A DNA stretch of 64,000 nucleotides from Haliotis rubra (GCF_003918875.1 NW_025767119.1:806001-870000), one strand, 5' to 3'. Shown: positions 12,601 to 27,292, counted from the first letter of the stretch. The notes: generated by a model not told the origin, from the sequence alone. Numbers and translations are program-made.

Positions 12601-15600
12601 TCCCCTTCATCGACCCAGCCCTACACCCAATTCTCTATGTCCCATATTGTTCCACACATTCCCCTTGATCGACCCAGATTTATATTCAGGTCAATATGTC
12701 CTATGTATTATAACACCTTCCCATTTCTTACATCCAGCACTACACCCAGGTCTACATGTCCCATGTAGTCCTACACCTTCCCCTTGATCCATCCAGCCCT
12801 ATACCAAGGTCTATTTGCCCCATGTAGTCCCACACCTTCCCCTTGATCGATCCAGCCCTACACCCAGGTCTATATGTCAATGTAGTGCTACACCTTCAAG
12901 TCTATATGTGGTATGTAGTTCTACACATTCCAGTTAATCGACCCTGCCCTACCCTCAGGTCTATATGACATATGTATTCTCACACCTTCCCATTTGATCT
13001 ATCCAACCCTACACCCAGGTCCATATGTCGCATGTAGTCACACATCCTGCCCTTGATCGACCCAGCCCTATACCCAGGTTTATCTGACCTATGTAGTCCT
13101 ACACCTACCCCTTGATCTACCCTGCCCTACACCCAGGTCTATATGTTGCATGTAGTCACAAACCCTGCCCTTGATCGACCCTGCCCTTGATCGACCCAGC
13201 CCTATTCTCAGGTTTATCTGACCTATGTAGTCCTATACCTACCCCTTGATCGACCCAGCCCTACACCCAGGTGTATATAATTCATGTAGTGCTACATCTT
13301 CCCCTTGTTCGACCCAGCTCTTCACCCAGGTCTATGTGTCCTATATACTCCTACATCTTCCCCTAGATCGACCCAGCCCTACACACAGGTTTATATCTTC
13401 AATGTACTGCTACACCTTCCACTTGTTCGACCCATTACTACACCCAGGTCTACATGTCTCCAAGTAGTCCTACACCTCCCTGTTCATAGACTCCAGCTCC
13501 TACACCCACGTGTGTAAAGGACGCATGTAGTTCGAAACCCTTTTCCTTGATCTATCCGGATTTACACCCAGGTCTATATGTCCTATGTATTCTCACACCT
13601 TCTCCCATTGATCGACCCAGCCCCTACATCCAGGTTCACCTTCTAAAACGTACACACAGGTCTATAGTCCCATGTAGTCGTACAACTTCCTTTTGGTCGA
13701 CCTAGCTCTCGACATCCAAGCTCTATGTGTCCCATGAAGTCCTACACCTTCTCAATCAACCCATCCCTACACTCAGGCCTTTATGTCACATCCAGTCCTA
13801 CACCATCCCCTGATTGACCCAGCGCTTCACCCAGGTGTATGTGTCCTATGTAATCTTACACCTTCCCTTGATCGACCCAGCCGTAAACTAAGGTTGATTT
13901 GTCCTATGTAGTGCTACACCTTCCTTTTTATTCGCCTCGACCCTGCGTTACACCAAGGTCTATAGGAGTGTTCTCTGTAGTCCTACACCTTCCCTCTTTG
14001 TTCCTCGACCCCTGCCATGTCCCTGCAGGTCTGAATGTCCCATGTAGTCCTACACCTCTTCCTTTTGATCTACGCAGATTTCTTACACCCAGGTCTATCT
14101 ATATGTCCCATGTATTCTCACACCTTCCCATTTGATCTAACCCACCCCACAACTCAGGTCTATATGTGTCCCATGTAGTCCCACACCTTTTCCTTTGGTC
14201 GACCCATCCTACACCCAGAGCAGAGAGCCATGTAGTGTGTTGACCCTCCTCTGCGCTTCAAACTTTTCAGGTCTATATGTCCCATATGTAGTCCTACACC
14301 TACCCCCTTGATCTACCCAGCCCTATACCCAGGTTCCATCTATATGGTCCTATGTATTCTCACACCTTCCCATTTGATCTAACCCAGCCCTACACCCAGG
14401 CTTTATAAAGTCCCATGTAGTCCCTGGACACCTTTCCCTTTGGTCGAGACCCATCCCTACACCCTGGGTATATATGTTTTATGTAGTGCTACATCTTCCC
14501 TTTGTTCGACCCTGCGCTTCAACCTCAGGTGTCTATATGTCCTATGTAGTCCTACACCTTACCCCTTGATCTACTCCAGCCCTATACCCAGGTCTATATG
14601 CGGTCGCATGTAGTCACAAAACCCTGCCCCTTGATCGACCCTTCTGCCCTTGATCGACCCAGCCCTATTCTCATGTTTATCTGACCTATGTAGTCCTATA
14701 CCTACCCCCCTTGGACGGGCCCAGCCCTACACACCCAGGTGTGTATATAATTCACATGTGTGCTGGCATCTTCCCCTTGTTCGACCCCAGCTCTTTCACC
14801 CAGGTCTATGTGTCCTATATACTCCTACATCTTCTCCTTGATCTAGGACCCCAGCCCCAATACACACAGGTTTTCTATATCTTCAATGTACTGCTACACC
14901 TTTCCACTTGTCTTCGACCTGCATTATTACACCCAGGCTCCACATGTCCCAAGTAGTCCTGCACACTTCCCTGTTCATAGACTCCAGCCCTACACCCACG
15001 TGTGTGTAAGACGGGAAGTGTAGTTCAAAAAACCCTTTCCCTGATCTATCCAGATTTACACCCAGGTCTATATGTCCTATGTATTCTCACACCTTTCCCT
15101 TTGATCGACCCAGCCCTACATCCAGGTGTCTACCCAAAACGTACACACAGGTTCTAGCCGTCCCATGTAGTCGTACAACTTCCCTTTGGTCGACCTAGTT
15201 TCGGGACATCCAAGCCTATGAGTCCCATGAAGTCCTACAATCTTCCTTCAATCAACCTATCCCTTGCACTCAGGTCTTTATGTCACATCCAGTCCTAGCA
15301 CACCATCCCCTTGGTTGACCCAGGCAGCAGTTTCACCCAGGTGTATGTGTCCCATGTAATCTTACACCTTCCCCTTGATTTGACCCAGCCGTAAACCATT
15401 GTTGATTTGTCCTATGTAGTGCTACACCTTCCCCTTATTCGACCCTGCGTGCCACACCAAGGTCTATATAGTTCTCTGTAGTCCTACACCTTCCCTTTTT
15501 GCCCGACTCCTGCGATACCCGGCAGGTCTGAATGTCCCATGTAGTCCAACACCTCTTTCCTGATCTTCATCTACGCAGATTAACACCCAGGTCTATCTAT

Positions 15601-18600
15601 ATGTTCTCACCAAGCTGTCTGTATGTGTCATGTAGTCTTTACACGGTCCTGATCTAACCCTGCCCTTCACCAAGTTGCCTATGTATTTTCTATGCCACAC
15701 GGTCCCATTTGATCTAGTTCTGCCCTACACCAAGGCTCCCAAACTTCCCTTTGATGTTGCAGCCTACACCCAGGTCTAAATTTCAATGTAGTCCCAAACC
15801 CAAACTTCACGTTCATAGACCCAGCCCTACACCCACGTGTGTAGAGACGCATGTAGTTCTTGGAAACCCTTTCCTGTTGATGTATCCAGATTTACCACCA
15901 GGTCTATATGTCCTATGTATTCTCACACCTTCCCTTTGATCGACCCAGCCCTACATCCAGGTCTACAATTTCAAACGTACACACAGGTCTATAGTCCCAT
16001 GTAGTCGTACAACTTCCTTTGGTCGACCTAGCTCGACATCCAAGTCTATGTGTCCCATGAAGTCCTACACCTTCCCCTCAATCAACCCATCCCTACACTC
16101 AGGTCTTTATGTCACATCCAGTCCTACACCATCCCCTTGGTTGACCCAGCGCTTCACCCAGGTGTATGTGTCCTATGTAATCTTACACCTTCCCCTTGAT
16201 CGACCCAGCCGTAAACTAAGGTTGATTTGTTCTATGTAGTGCTACACCTTCCCCTTATTCGACCCTGCGTTACACCAAGGTCTATATGTTCTCTGTAGTC
16301 CTACACCTTCCCCTTGTTCGACCCTGCCATACCCGCAGGTCTGAATGTCCCATGTAGTCCAACACCTCTTCCTACCCGCCCTTCACCCAGGTCTGTGTGT
16401 GCCATGTAGTCTTACACGGTCCCCTTGATCGACCCAGCCTACACCCAGGTCTAAATTTCCAATGTAGTCCCAAACCTTCCTCTAAGTTGATCAACCGAGC
16501 CCTACACCCAGGTCTATATGTCCCATGTAGACCTACACCTCTTCCTTGATCTACGCAGATTTACACCCAGGTCTATCTATATGTCCTATGTATTCTCACA
16601 CCTTCCCATTTGATCTTACCCACCCTACACCCAGGTTTATATGTCCCATGTAGTCCTACACCTTTCCCTTGGTCGACCCATCCCTACACCCGGGTATATA
16701 TGTTTTATGTAGTGCTACATCTTCCCCTTGTTCGACCCTGCCCTTGATCGACCCTGCCCTTGATCGATCCAGCCCTATTCTCAGGTTTATCTGACCTATG
16801 TAGTCCTATACCTACCCCTTGATCGACCCAGCCCTACACCCAGGTGTATATAATTCATGTAGTGCTACATCTTCCCCTTGTTCGACCCAGCTCTTCACCC
16901 AGGTCTATGTGTCCTATATACTCCTACATCTTCCCCTTGATCGACCCAGCCCTACACACAGGTTTATATCTTCAATGTACTGCTACACCTTCCACTTGTT
17001 CGACCCATTACTACACCCAGGTCTACATGTCCCAAGTAGTCCTACACTTCCCGTTCATAGACCCAGCCCTACACCCACGTGTGTAAGACGCATGTAGTTC
17101 GAAACCCTTTCCCTGATCTATCCAGATTTACACCCAGGTCTATATGTCCTATGTATTCTCACACCTTCCCTTTGATCGACCCAGCCCTACATCCAGGTCT
17201 ACCCAAACGTACACACAGGTCTATAGTCCCATGTAGTCGTACAACTTCTCTTTGGTCGACCTAGCTCGACATCCAAGTCTATGTGTCCCATGAAGTCCTA
17301 CACCTTCCCCTCAATCAACCCATCCCTACACTCAGGTCTTTATGTCACATCCAGTCCTACACCATCCCCTTGGTTGACCCAGCGCTTCACCCAGGTGTAT
17401 GTGTCCTATGTAATCTTACACCTTCCCCTTGATCGACCCAGCCGTAAACTGAGGTTGATTTGTCCTATGTAGTGCTACACCTTCCCCTTATTCGACCCTG
17501 CGTTACACCAAGGTCTATATGTTCTCTGTAGTCCTACACCTTCCCCTTGTTCGACCCTGCCATACCCGCAGGTCTGAATGTCCCATGTAGTCCAACACCT
17601 CTTCCTTGATCTACGTAGATTAACACCCAGGTCTATCTATATGTCCTATGTATTTTCACACCTTCCCATTTGATCTAACCCGCCCTTCACCCAGGTCTGT
17701 ATGTGCCATGTAGTCTTACACGGTCCCCTTGATCGACCCAGCCTACACCCAGGTCTAAATTTCCAATGTAGTCCCAAACCTTCCCGTTGATCAACCGAGC
17801 CCTACACCCAGGTCTATATGTCCCATGTAGTCCTACACCTCTTCCTTGATCTACGCAGATTTACACCCAGGTCTATCTATATGTCCTATGTATTCTCACA
17901 CCTTCCCATTTGATCTTACCCACCCTACACCCAGGTCTATATGTCCCATGTAGTCCTACACCTTTCTCTTGGTCGACCCATCCCTACACCCGGGTATATA
18001 TGTTTTATGTAGTGCTACATCTACCCCTTGTTCGACCCTGCGCTTCAACCAGGTCTATATGTCCTATGTAGTCCTACACCTACCCCTTGATCTACCCAGC
18101 CCTATACCCAGGTCTATATGTCGCATGTAGTCACAAACCCTGCCCTTGTTCGACCCTGCCCTTGATCGACCCAGCCCTATTCTCAGGTTTATCTGACCTA
18201 TGTAGTCCTATACCTACCCCTTGATCGACCCAGCCCTACACCCAGGTGTATATAATTCATGTAGTGCTACACCTTCCACTTGTTCGACCCATTACTACAC
18301 CCAGGTCTACATGTCCCAAGTAGTCCTACACTTCCCGTTCATAGACCCAGCCCTACACCCACGTGTGTAAGACGCATGTAGTTCGAAACCCTTTCCCTGA
18401 TCTATCCAGATTTACACCCAGGTCTATATGTCCTATGTATTCTCACACCTTCCCTTTGATCGACCCAGCCCTACATCCAGGTCTACCCAAACGTACACAC
18501 AGGTCTATAGTCCCATGTAGTCGTACAACTTCCCTTTGGTCGACCTAGCTCGACATCCAAGTCTATGTGTCCCATGAAGTCCTACACCTTCCCCCTCAAT

Positions 18601-21524
18601 CAACCCATCCCTACACTCAGGTCTTTATGTCACATCCAGTCCTACACCATCCCCTTGGTTGACCCAGCGCTTCACCCAGGTGTATGTGTCCTATGTAATC
18701 TTACACCTTCCCCTTGATCGACCCAGCCGTAAACTAAGGTTGATTTGTCCTATGTAGTGCTACACCTTCCCCTTATTCGACCCTGCGTTACACCAAGGTC
18801 TATATGTTCTCTGTAGTCCTACACCTTCCCCTTGTTCGACCCTGCCATACCCGCAGGTCTGAATGTCCCATGTAGTCCAACACCTCTTCCTTGATCTACG
18901 CAGATTAACACCCAGGTCTATCTATATGTCCTATGTATTTTCACACCTTCCCATTTGATCTAACCCGCCCTTCACCCAGGTCTGTATGTGCCATGTAGTC
19001 TTACACGGTCCCCTTGATCGACCCAGCCTACACCCAGGTCTAAATTTCCAATGTAGTCCCAAACCTTCCCGTTGATCAACCGAGCCCTACACCAGGTCTA
19101 TATGTCCCATGTAGTCCTACACCTCTTCCTTGATCTACGCAGATTTACACCCAGGTCTATCTATATGTCCTATGTATTCTCACACCTTCCCATTTGATCT
19201 TACCCACCCTACACCCAGGTCTATATGTCCCATGTAGTCCTACACCTTTCTCTTGGTCGACCCATCCCTACACCCGGGTATATATGTTTTATGTAGTGCT
19301 ACATCTACCCCTTGTTCGACCCTGCGCTTCAACCAGGTCTATATGTCCTATGTAGTCCTACACCTACCCCTTGATCTACCCAGCCCTATACCCAGGTCTA
19401 TATGTCGCATGTAGTCACAAACCCTGCCCTTGTTCGACCCTGCCCTTGATCGACCCAGCCCTATTCTCAGGTTTATCTGACCTATGTAGTCCTATACCTA
19501 CCCCTTGATCGACCCAGCCCTACACCCAGGTGTATATAATTCATGTAGTGCTACACCTTCCACTTGTTCGACCCATTACTACACCCAGGTCTACATGTCC
19601 CAAGTAGTCCTACACTTCCCGTTCATAGACCCAGCCCTACACCCACGTGTGTAAGACGCATGTAGTTCGAAACCCTTTCCCTGATCTATCCAGATTTACA
19701 CCCAGGTCTATATGTCCTATGTATTCTCACACCTTCCCTTTGATCGACCCAGCCCTACATCCAGGTCTACCCAAACGTACACACAGGTCTATAGTCCCAT
19801 GTAGTCGTACAACTTCCCTTTGGTCGACCTAGCTCGACATCCAAGTCTATGAGTCCCATGAAGTCCTACACCTTCCCCTCAATCAACCCATCCCTACACT
19901 CAGGTCTTTATGTCACATCCAGTCCTACACCATCCCCTTGGTCGACCCAGCGCTTCACCCAGGTGTATGTGTCCTATGTAATCTTACACCTTCCCCTTGA
20001 TCGACCCAGCCGTAAACTAAGGTTGATTTGTCCTATGTAGTGCTACACCTTCCCCTTATTCGACCCTGCGTTACACCAAGGTCTATATGTTCTCTGTAGT
20101 CCTACACCTTCCCCTTGATCTACCAAGCCCTACACCCAGGTCTAAATGTCAAATGTAGTCCTACATTTTCCCCTTGATCGACCCAGTGCTTCACACAGGT
20201 CTATGTGTCCTATGTAGTTCTACACCTTCCCCTTTATCGACCCAGCCCTACAATCCAGGTCAACATAGAAGTACACCAAGGTCTATTTGTCCCATGTAGT
20301 CCTACACCTTCCCCTTGCTCGACCCAACCCTACAGCCAGGTCTCAATGTCCAATGTAGTCCTACACCTTCCCCATGATCGACCAAGCCCTACACCTAGAT
20401 CTGTATGTCCCATGTAGTCCTTCACCTTCCCCTTTATCGATCCAGCCCTACACCCAGGTCTATATGTTCCATGTAGTCCCACACCTTCCCCTTAATCTAC
20501 CCACTCCTACACCCAGGTCTATATGTCAATGTAGTGCTACACCTTCAAGTCTATATGTGCTATGTAATTCTACACATTCCACTTAATCGACCCTGCCCTA
20601 CCCTCAGGTCTATATGACATATGTATTCTCATACCTTCCCATTTGATCTATCCAGCCCTACACCCAGGTCTATATGTCGCATGTAGTCACACACCCTGCC
20701 CTTGATCGACCTAGCCCTATACCCAGGTTTATCTGACCTATGTAGTCCTACACCTACCCCTTGATCTACCCTGCCCTACACCCAGGTCTAAATGTCAAAT
20801 GTAGTCCTACAACTTCCACTTGATCGACCAAGCCCTACACCCAGGTGTATATAATTCATGTAGTGCTACATGTCCCATGTAGTCATACAGCTTTTCCTTG
20901 ATCAACGCAGATTTACACCCAGGTTTATCTATATGTCCTATGTATTTTCACACCTTCCCATTTGATCTAACCCACCCTACACCCAGGTCTATATGTCCCA
21001 TGTAGTCCTACACCTTCCCCTTAGTCGACCCATCCCTACACCCGGGTATATATGTTTTATGTAGTGCTACATCTTCCCCTTGTTCGACCCTGCGCTTCAA
21101 CCAGGTCTATGTGTCCTATGTAGTCATACACCTTCCCCTTGATCGACCCAGCCCTATACCCAGGTTTATATCTTCCATGTAGTGCTACACCTTCCACTTG
21201 TTCGACCCAGCCCTACACCCAGGCCTATCAAGCCCTACACCCAGATCTATATTTCCCATGTAGTCCTACACCTTCCCCTTGATCGACCCAGCCCTACACC
21301 CATGTTTATATGTCCCTGCTTGTTCTACACCTCCTCCTTGTTCTACCCAGCTGCAAACCCACGTCTATATGTCCTATGTATTCTCACACCAACCCCATGA
21401 TAGACCTAACCCTACACCCAGGTCTACCAGGCCCTACACCTAGGTCTATATGTCCCATGTAGTCCTCCCCATTCCGCTTGATCGACCCAGATTTACACCC
21501 AGGTGTATATGTCCCATGTAGTCA
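3638..21524. repeat. 59-bp tandem satellite, main array (~18 kb)
   Basis: Consensus CCCAGCCCTACACCCAGGTCTATATGTCCCATGTAGTCCTACACCTTCCCCTTGATCGA, repeated head-to-tail. Strongly degenerate at ~4800-8450 and noisy up to ~16000. Confidence 0.95.
15960..20130. repeat. 1284-bp higher-order repeat (~22 monomers) of the 59-bp satellite, best-resolved copies
   Basis: The diagnostic variant CACGTGTGTAAGACGCATGTAGTTCGAAACCC lies at 17076, 18360 and 19644 (exact 1284 spacing). Identical junk ORFs start at 17079, 18363 and 19647. Confidence 0.9.
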
Positions 21525-24500
21525 AGTCAAGTCAAGTATTTTTTATTCCGTATGCAGACCACAGTCCCATATACAACATACATACATTTGTTTACAAATA
21601 TGGATACACTTTAAAGGGTGTACATATCAATAATCACGTGTTATTTGTTCAAATGCATTTCTTGTCAGTATGAATATAATATTTAATATAAACATATATA
21701 CACACTTTGATAAACATGTATATTGGAAAAATGTGTGGTTTAGAGACAATTTATTAGAGTTTTATTGCTCTGATTTTATAATCATGAAAGATATATTTAT
21801 ATACATTTCTTAAAAGTGTTTCTTTATTTGTTGATAACAGGGACTTAAATTTATAGTAGTTTGGTTATTTCTGATATACATATGGTGAGTATTTTAATCT
21901 AAAGGAGTTATATTCAGTACATATAAAAATAAAATGGTCATCATCTTCTACACCCAGCTTACAAAATGGATAATTACGTTCTGCAACCTCAACATTTAAC
22001 CATCGTCCCTCATTATACTTTAACCTTAATAACCCACATCTAAATTTGATCAAAATATTTCGAAACTTTTTGTCCAAGATACATGATAAATATTTGTCTG
22101 GAGTTAACAGACTTTTAAACTCTCGGTAAATACGGTATCGTGAACTGTTATTCAATGTACAATTCCATGATTGAAAAAACATATTTATTGCAACAGTCTT
22201 GAATCTATTTACAAACGAAGCTGCATCACCAACTGACTTAGACATCCAGACGTAACCAAATCCATGTCAAAAAAGTATTTCCCTAATAAACTAGCCACAT
22301 AAAGAAACTGTGCATTGTCAAAATATTATCCCAGTTGATAACAGTACGATAACAATGTCAAAGGTACATATAAACTTTAATGGAGGGATCATGAGACCAT
22401 AACAAGTCGGGAGAATTTCAGTTGAAAAGTCTATCACAATGACGTCACGAGTCCACAAGCGGGACAGGGGTCAAACGACCAATAATGGGTATGAGAACAA
22501 GAAATCCATAGCAACCCTTGACGTATGAGGGCGGGCATTGTCCTGTTGGAATGTTAATCCAGGGCCATGACGTTGCAGAAAAGGAATTGCCACAGGTCGA
22601 AGAATCTGATCCCTGTAGCCCACACCAGTTAAGTTGCCCTGAACAATCACCAAAGCGATTCCTCTCCAAGACACAGGCCTGTGCATAACGTTCTCCCATG
22701 CGTCTATAGGCACGTTGACGTCCATCACTATGGGAAATGTTAAACCTGGACCCATCTGTAAACACAACATTTCTCCACTAAAACAAGGGTCTGCGGACAT
22801 GATTTCGGCACCACATTCGGCGAGCTTGTCGATGACGTTGTGTCAGGATAGGCCGTATGTCGTGACGTCGTGGTCTGATCCCGTGATGACGTAAACGTTG
22901 TCGAACTGTGTTGGGGTGGATACAGCGAAGTCCTGGGATGGTTCGGGCAGTCATCACTGCAGTCTGAAACCCGTGGCGAAGATGGGTCACCCTTATCCAT
23001 CTGTCCTGTCTTGGCGTTGTTACACGTGGACGTCCAGAAAGTGGCCGATCGATGACGTCATTTGTGTTCTGGTAGCGTCTCACCAGTGCAGAAATGGTGT
23101 CCCGGTGGCAGTGAAAATGTGCAGCCACTTGTCGTTGAGACATTCCCCCACAGACCATCCCAGTGGCCTCATGACGTTGTGCAGACGTGACCCTTGGCAT
23201 GCTATGCGTTTCAATAGCCGTTTAATTTTTTGAACGATCGCAAGGTCAGGAGTTGAGCTTCCCAAAGTGTCAGTATTGTGTGCCATTCATTTGCTCTGTT
23301 TTTCTTTCCCGGAATGCACGTGCAAAAATGTATTGCACGTCTCAAGGGCGAACCCACTGACGTCACGGAACGTAGCACGTGCATGCATGTTGGATACATG
23401 TCACTAATCTCTGAGTTTAAATCCTTATGTGTCTACACAGGTTTGATAAATTTCGATTATAAATTTTTGTATGCACAGTATATATGAAGCATATGTCTTA
23501 TATCCACAGTTATCGTTATGCATTTGCATGTTTTACACTTTCAAAGGAGTTCTCTCTTGATGCATATGAATATCCTTTAACCAATATTCTAAAGTTTTAC
23601 ACAAAGGGTTTATAATGAGAGGATATCTTCCACACTCGCCATGTACAATAGCAGTAGGTGTTTGAGGGCTGACATTCAAGAAACATTTGCAAGCTGTTAG
23701 ATGAACCTTTTCTATTTCATACAATTTATGTATTCCCCAGATTTCTGCCCCATACAGTAATATCGGCTGTATCTGCGCATCAAATATCTTAAAATACACA
23801 CTGGGGTCTACTATTCCGATTCCATTTAAATTAGTTATTACTTCCATTAAAGCCCGCTTACCCCTCAGTGCTAAATCATTGATGCAATTTCTCATCTTAA
23901 ATGTTGATAAAATCATTACTCCAAAATATTTATAAGTATTTAATGTTGTTATTGGTAAGGCATTTAGAAACCACTTTTCATTTCTTGCTAAGCGCCCTCC
24001 CCTTCTAAAAACAATAATATTTGTCTTCAGTGTAATTATGTGGAATATTAAGTTCATTCTGTAAGCCTGGAATTGTATCAGACATAAGAACAACATCATC
24101 TGCAAACATAAGTAACATGATTTCTAGTAAGTCTGGAAATAACTGCAATCCATATTTACCATATCTAGATATGTCGTCTGATAATTCACAAATGCAAAAG
24201 GAAAACAATAAAGGACTAAGAACACAACCTTGCTTTAAACCAATTGGACAGTCAAAATACTCAGTATATCCGTTATCACTTCTAACACAAGCTGTTACCG
24301 AGCTGTAAATACTCATGATAGCTGTTAGCATTTTCCCATGTAAACGACATTTGAATAAGCGCGTATATAACTTAGAACGGTCAATTGAATCAAAGGCTTT
24401 TCTAAAATCAATAAAAGCAACATATAACTTTTTCCTTTTCTTAATTAGACATTTTTCTATAACACCATGCAAAGTAAAAATATGATGAATCGTAGAGTAC

Positions 24501-24552
24501 CCTTGTCTAAAGCCTGCTTGTGTTTCGGGAACTTTACTCCATATATTTGCCC
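21522..24552 (-). mobile_element. 5'-truncated LINE (RTE-X-like) inserted in the satellite and interrupted by a Tc1
   Basis: RT motifs FIDFRKAFDSI, GLKQGCVLSPLLF, MFADD, YKYFGV; C-terminal KFRCG..PFCKLGVEDDDHFIFIC. The 3' end reads AATAAA then (ACTTG)n on the minus strand at 21522-21546. Confidence 0.9.
22289..23479 (-). mobile_element. Tc1/mariner transposon (family 1), internally deleted, nested in the LINE
   Basis: HTH region MPRVTSAQRHEA..RPLSGRPRVTT, then FTDGSRF and FQQDNARPH; the segment with the third catalytic residue is deleted. Left TIR (A)ACTAGCCACATAAAGAAACTGTGCAT follows TA; right TIR is truncated. Near-identical to 46977-48473. Confidence 0.9.
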
Positions 24553-25281
24553 AGTCCTAGACCTTCAGCTTCATCGACCCAGCCCTACACCCAGGTCTAC
24601 ATGTCCCATCTAGTCCTACATCTTCCCCTTGATCGTCCCAGCCATACACCATGGTCTATATGTCCCATGTAGTCCTACACCACCCCCTTGATCGACCTAG
24701 CCTTACACCCAGGCCTATATGTCCCATGTATTCCTACACCTTCCCCTTGATCGACACAGCCCTACACCCAGGTCTATATGTCCCATTTAGTGCTACACCT
24801 TCCCCTTGTTCGACCCAGCCCTACACCCACTCTATATGTTCAATGTAGTCCTACACCTTCACCTTCATCCACCCAGCCCTACACCCAGGTCTATATGTCC
24901 CATGTATTGCTACACCTTCCCCTTGTTCGACCCAGCGCTACACCCAGGTCTATATGTTCAATGTAGTCCTACACCTTCGCCTTCATCCACCCAGCCCTAC
25001 ACCCTGTATATATGTCCCATGAAGTCCTGCACCTTCACCTTGATCCACCCAGTGCTACACCCAGGACTATATGTCCTATGTATTCTCACACCTCACCATT
25101 TGATTTACCCAGCCCTACACCCAGGTGTATATGTCTCATGTAGTCCTACCTTCCCATTGATCGGCCCAGCCCTACACCCAGGTCTGTATGTCCCATGCAG
25201 TCCTACACCTTCCCGTTGATCGGCGCAGCTCTACACCCAGGTCTATATGTCCCATGTAGTCCCACACATTCCCACTGGTCC
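24553..25281. repeat. 59-bp satellite block 2
   Basis: About 12 monomers with the same consensus and orientation, resuming in register after the LINE. Confidence 0.95.
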
Positions 25282-26600
25282 GAGATAGGTATAGTGATTA
25301 CCAGTAAATAATATTTTCCCATTCAAAAAACATTTTTCTTTAGAGGAGACAGTTCCACCTCTTCTAAAGATAACTATATTTGTTTTTTTCAAAATTAACA
25401 AATAATTTCCATTCATATGTATAGCGTTCCAAAGTATTCGGTTGGTCTTGTAGACCGAAGATAGTATCTGACACTAAAATTACATCATCGGCAAAAATGA
25501 GAATAAAAAATTCAATCATACCTGGGAACATTTGCACACCGTTATAAAGAAGGAAAAGAATATAGGGCTTAAAATACACCCTTGTCGAACTCCCATGGGA
25601 CAGTCGAAAAAATCAGTGACATCATCACCACAACACACATGATTTAATATTCAAGTACATAGATTTTAAAAAAGAATACATTTTCCCTTGTAAACCAGAC
25701 TTTCGTAAGCAGTGTCATAATTTTACAATTATCCACAGAGTCAAAAGCTTTCTTAAAGACATAAAGTTTGTGTTTATTACGCGATAGACACTTTTGCATT
25801 ATTGCATATAGTGTAAAGATATGGTCAGTAGTTGAATAATCTTTTCCAAAAGCCGCCTAGCACTCAGGAATTAAGTTTCTTAGATTTGACCAGTTTGAGA
25901 TTCTATTGTTTAAAACAGTTGTAAATATTTTCCCAATAACACACATTAAAGATATGCCTCTATAATTATCTGGATTGTCTTGAGCCCCGTTTTTTATGTA
26001 TAGGGACGATAATTGAACGGGACCAGCTTTCTGGAAACGAACCACTTTCAAATATAGTATTAAAACACTTATGGAAGAAGGGCATTAACTCGACTTGAGA
26101 ACATTTAATCATTTCGATCATAATATTATCGGGACCAGCTGTTTTTCCGCTCTTTAAGTTATGTATAGCATTCTTTATCTTATCTACTGAAATTTGTGTT
26201 TCCTAAATCATTTGATCAACAGTGTCATGGTCATTCGAAGAAATAATGTCATCATCGAAGGAACAGCCATCACTTGGAAAAACAAAATCATTAGAAAAAA
26301 ACTGTCTTAAAATGTGTCATCCATTCACATTTTGAAATATTACTTTTAGGATTTGATCTCTTTCTAAATGAACGAATTTGTTTCCAGAACCAAGCAGGAT
26401 TCTGGATAGAATCATTCAATCTGTTCAATCGTTGATTACGCAGGCTAGATTTGAATTTTCTAAATGAAGCTTTGTATTTGTTTCTCATTTTACAAAAATA
26501 ATTTCTGTTTCTCTCCGAGCGTCTACACCGAAAACTTCTAAGTGCTTTGCGCGCGTCTCGTCGTGCAGTTTTACGCTCGTCACATAAGGGTGCTTTATAG
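25282..26600 (-). mobile_element. Second LINE (RTE-X-like), RT part; split by the LTR element
   Basis: NYRGISLMCVIGKIFTTVLNNRI, KAFDS, GVRQGC and IFADD remnants, with stops and frameshifts. Confidence 0.85.
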
Positions 26601-27292
26601 TGTCGTAACTGGGATTTGGGTGTTAGTAAACCCTACCCCAGTTACCTATTAATTATGATCGTTCCACATTGTCAGGCGTGATGTATGCTCAAGTTACACG
26701 CTCGCTTGGTCCATGGGGATGTTAAGTCCAGGAGTGAGAGGTCAGACGACAGTAACTCCTCAATGAACACATTTCATTCATGTGCTGGCACTCTGGCATA
26801 CAATGAATAACTCAACACCAGGTTTTATACTCACATAGATTTACTCGATCCCTCTCTTCATTTGGTCTGGACAGGATGGGGCAAGCTCTTCACCAGATAT
26901 GGATATCGATCGCGATGCGAACGTTCTGCTGACTTTGTAACCCGCACCACTTTCTAGTGCTGACGGTATCTTTTTAAGGTGTTCGAGCCTGCTCCACCCT
27001 TGTCACATGACCCTATACAATCCCTCTGATTTGTTAAAAATTACATCATTCCATGGTCTCATGTCTTGCCTCGTGATCGGAAAATTACTGAAACCTCTCA
27101 TCTATGATTCATTGTTCATTAATACCTAAAATGACTCTCTGTTCTGTCAATAAGATTTATCCTGTTGTTTGATCCCTTACTTTATTACTAAGCCGTAATA
27201 GCATTGCTTTTCTGATGCAATCACCGTAATCCTCACTAACGAATTTGTGATACGTTTCTTGTATCACAGATGCCTATTTTAACCTTATAACA
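26601..27292 (-). repeat. 3' LTR (692 bp)
   Basis: TGTCGTAAC...TTATAACA. Differs from the other LTR by roughly a dozen substitutions and a 10-bp indel (counted by eye). Confidence 0.95.

Noticed and set aside
8627-21400. Recurrent short ORFs (e.g. MCKTHVVRNPF..., MIDPALHPG...)
   Set aside because: They are translations of satellite monomers and HOR copies; the 59-bp unit is not a multiple of 3.
3638-21524. CRISPR-like array interpretation of the regular repeats
   Set aside because: Monomers are contiguous with no unique spacers, there are no cas genes, and the context is eukaryotic (introns, SINEs, LINEs).
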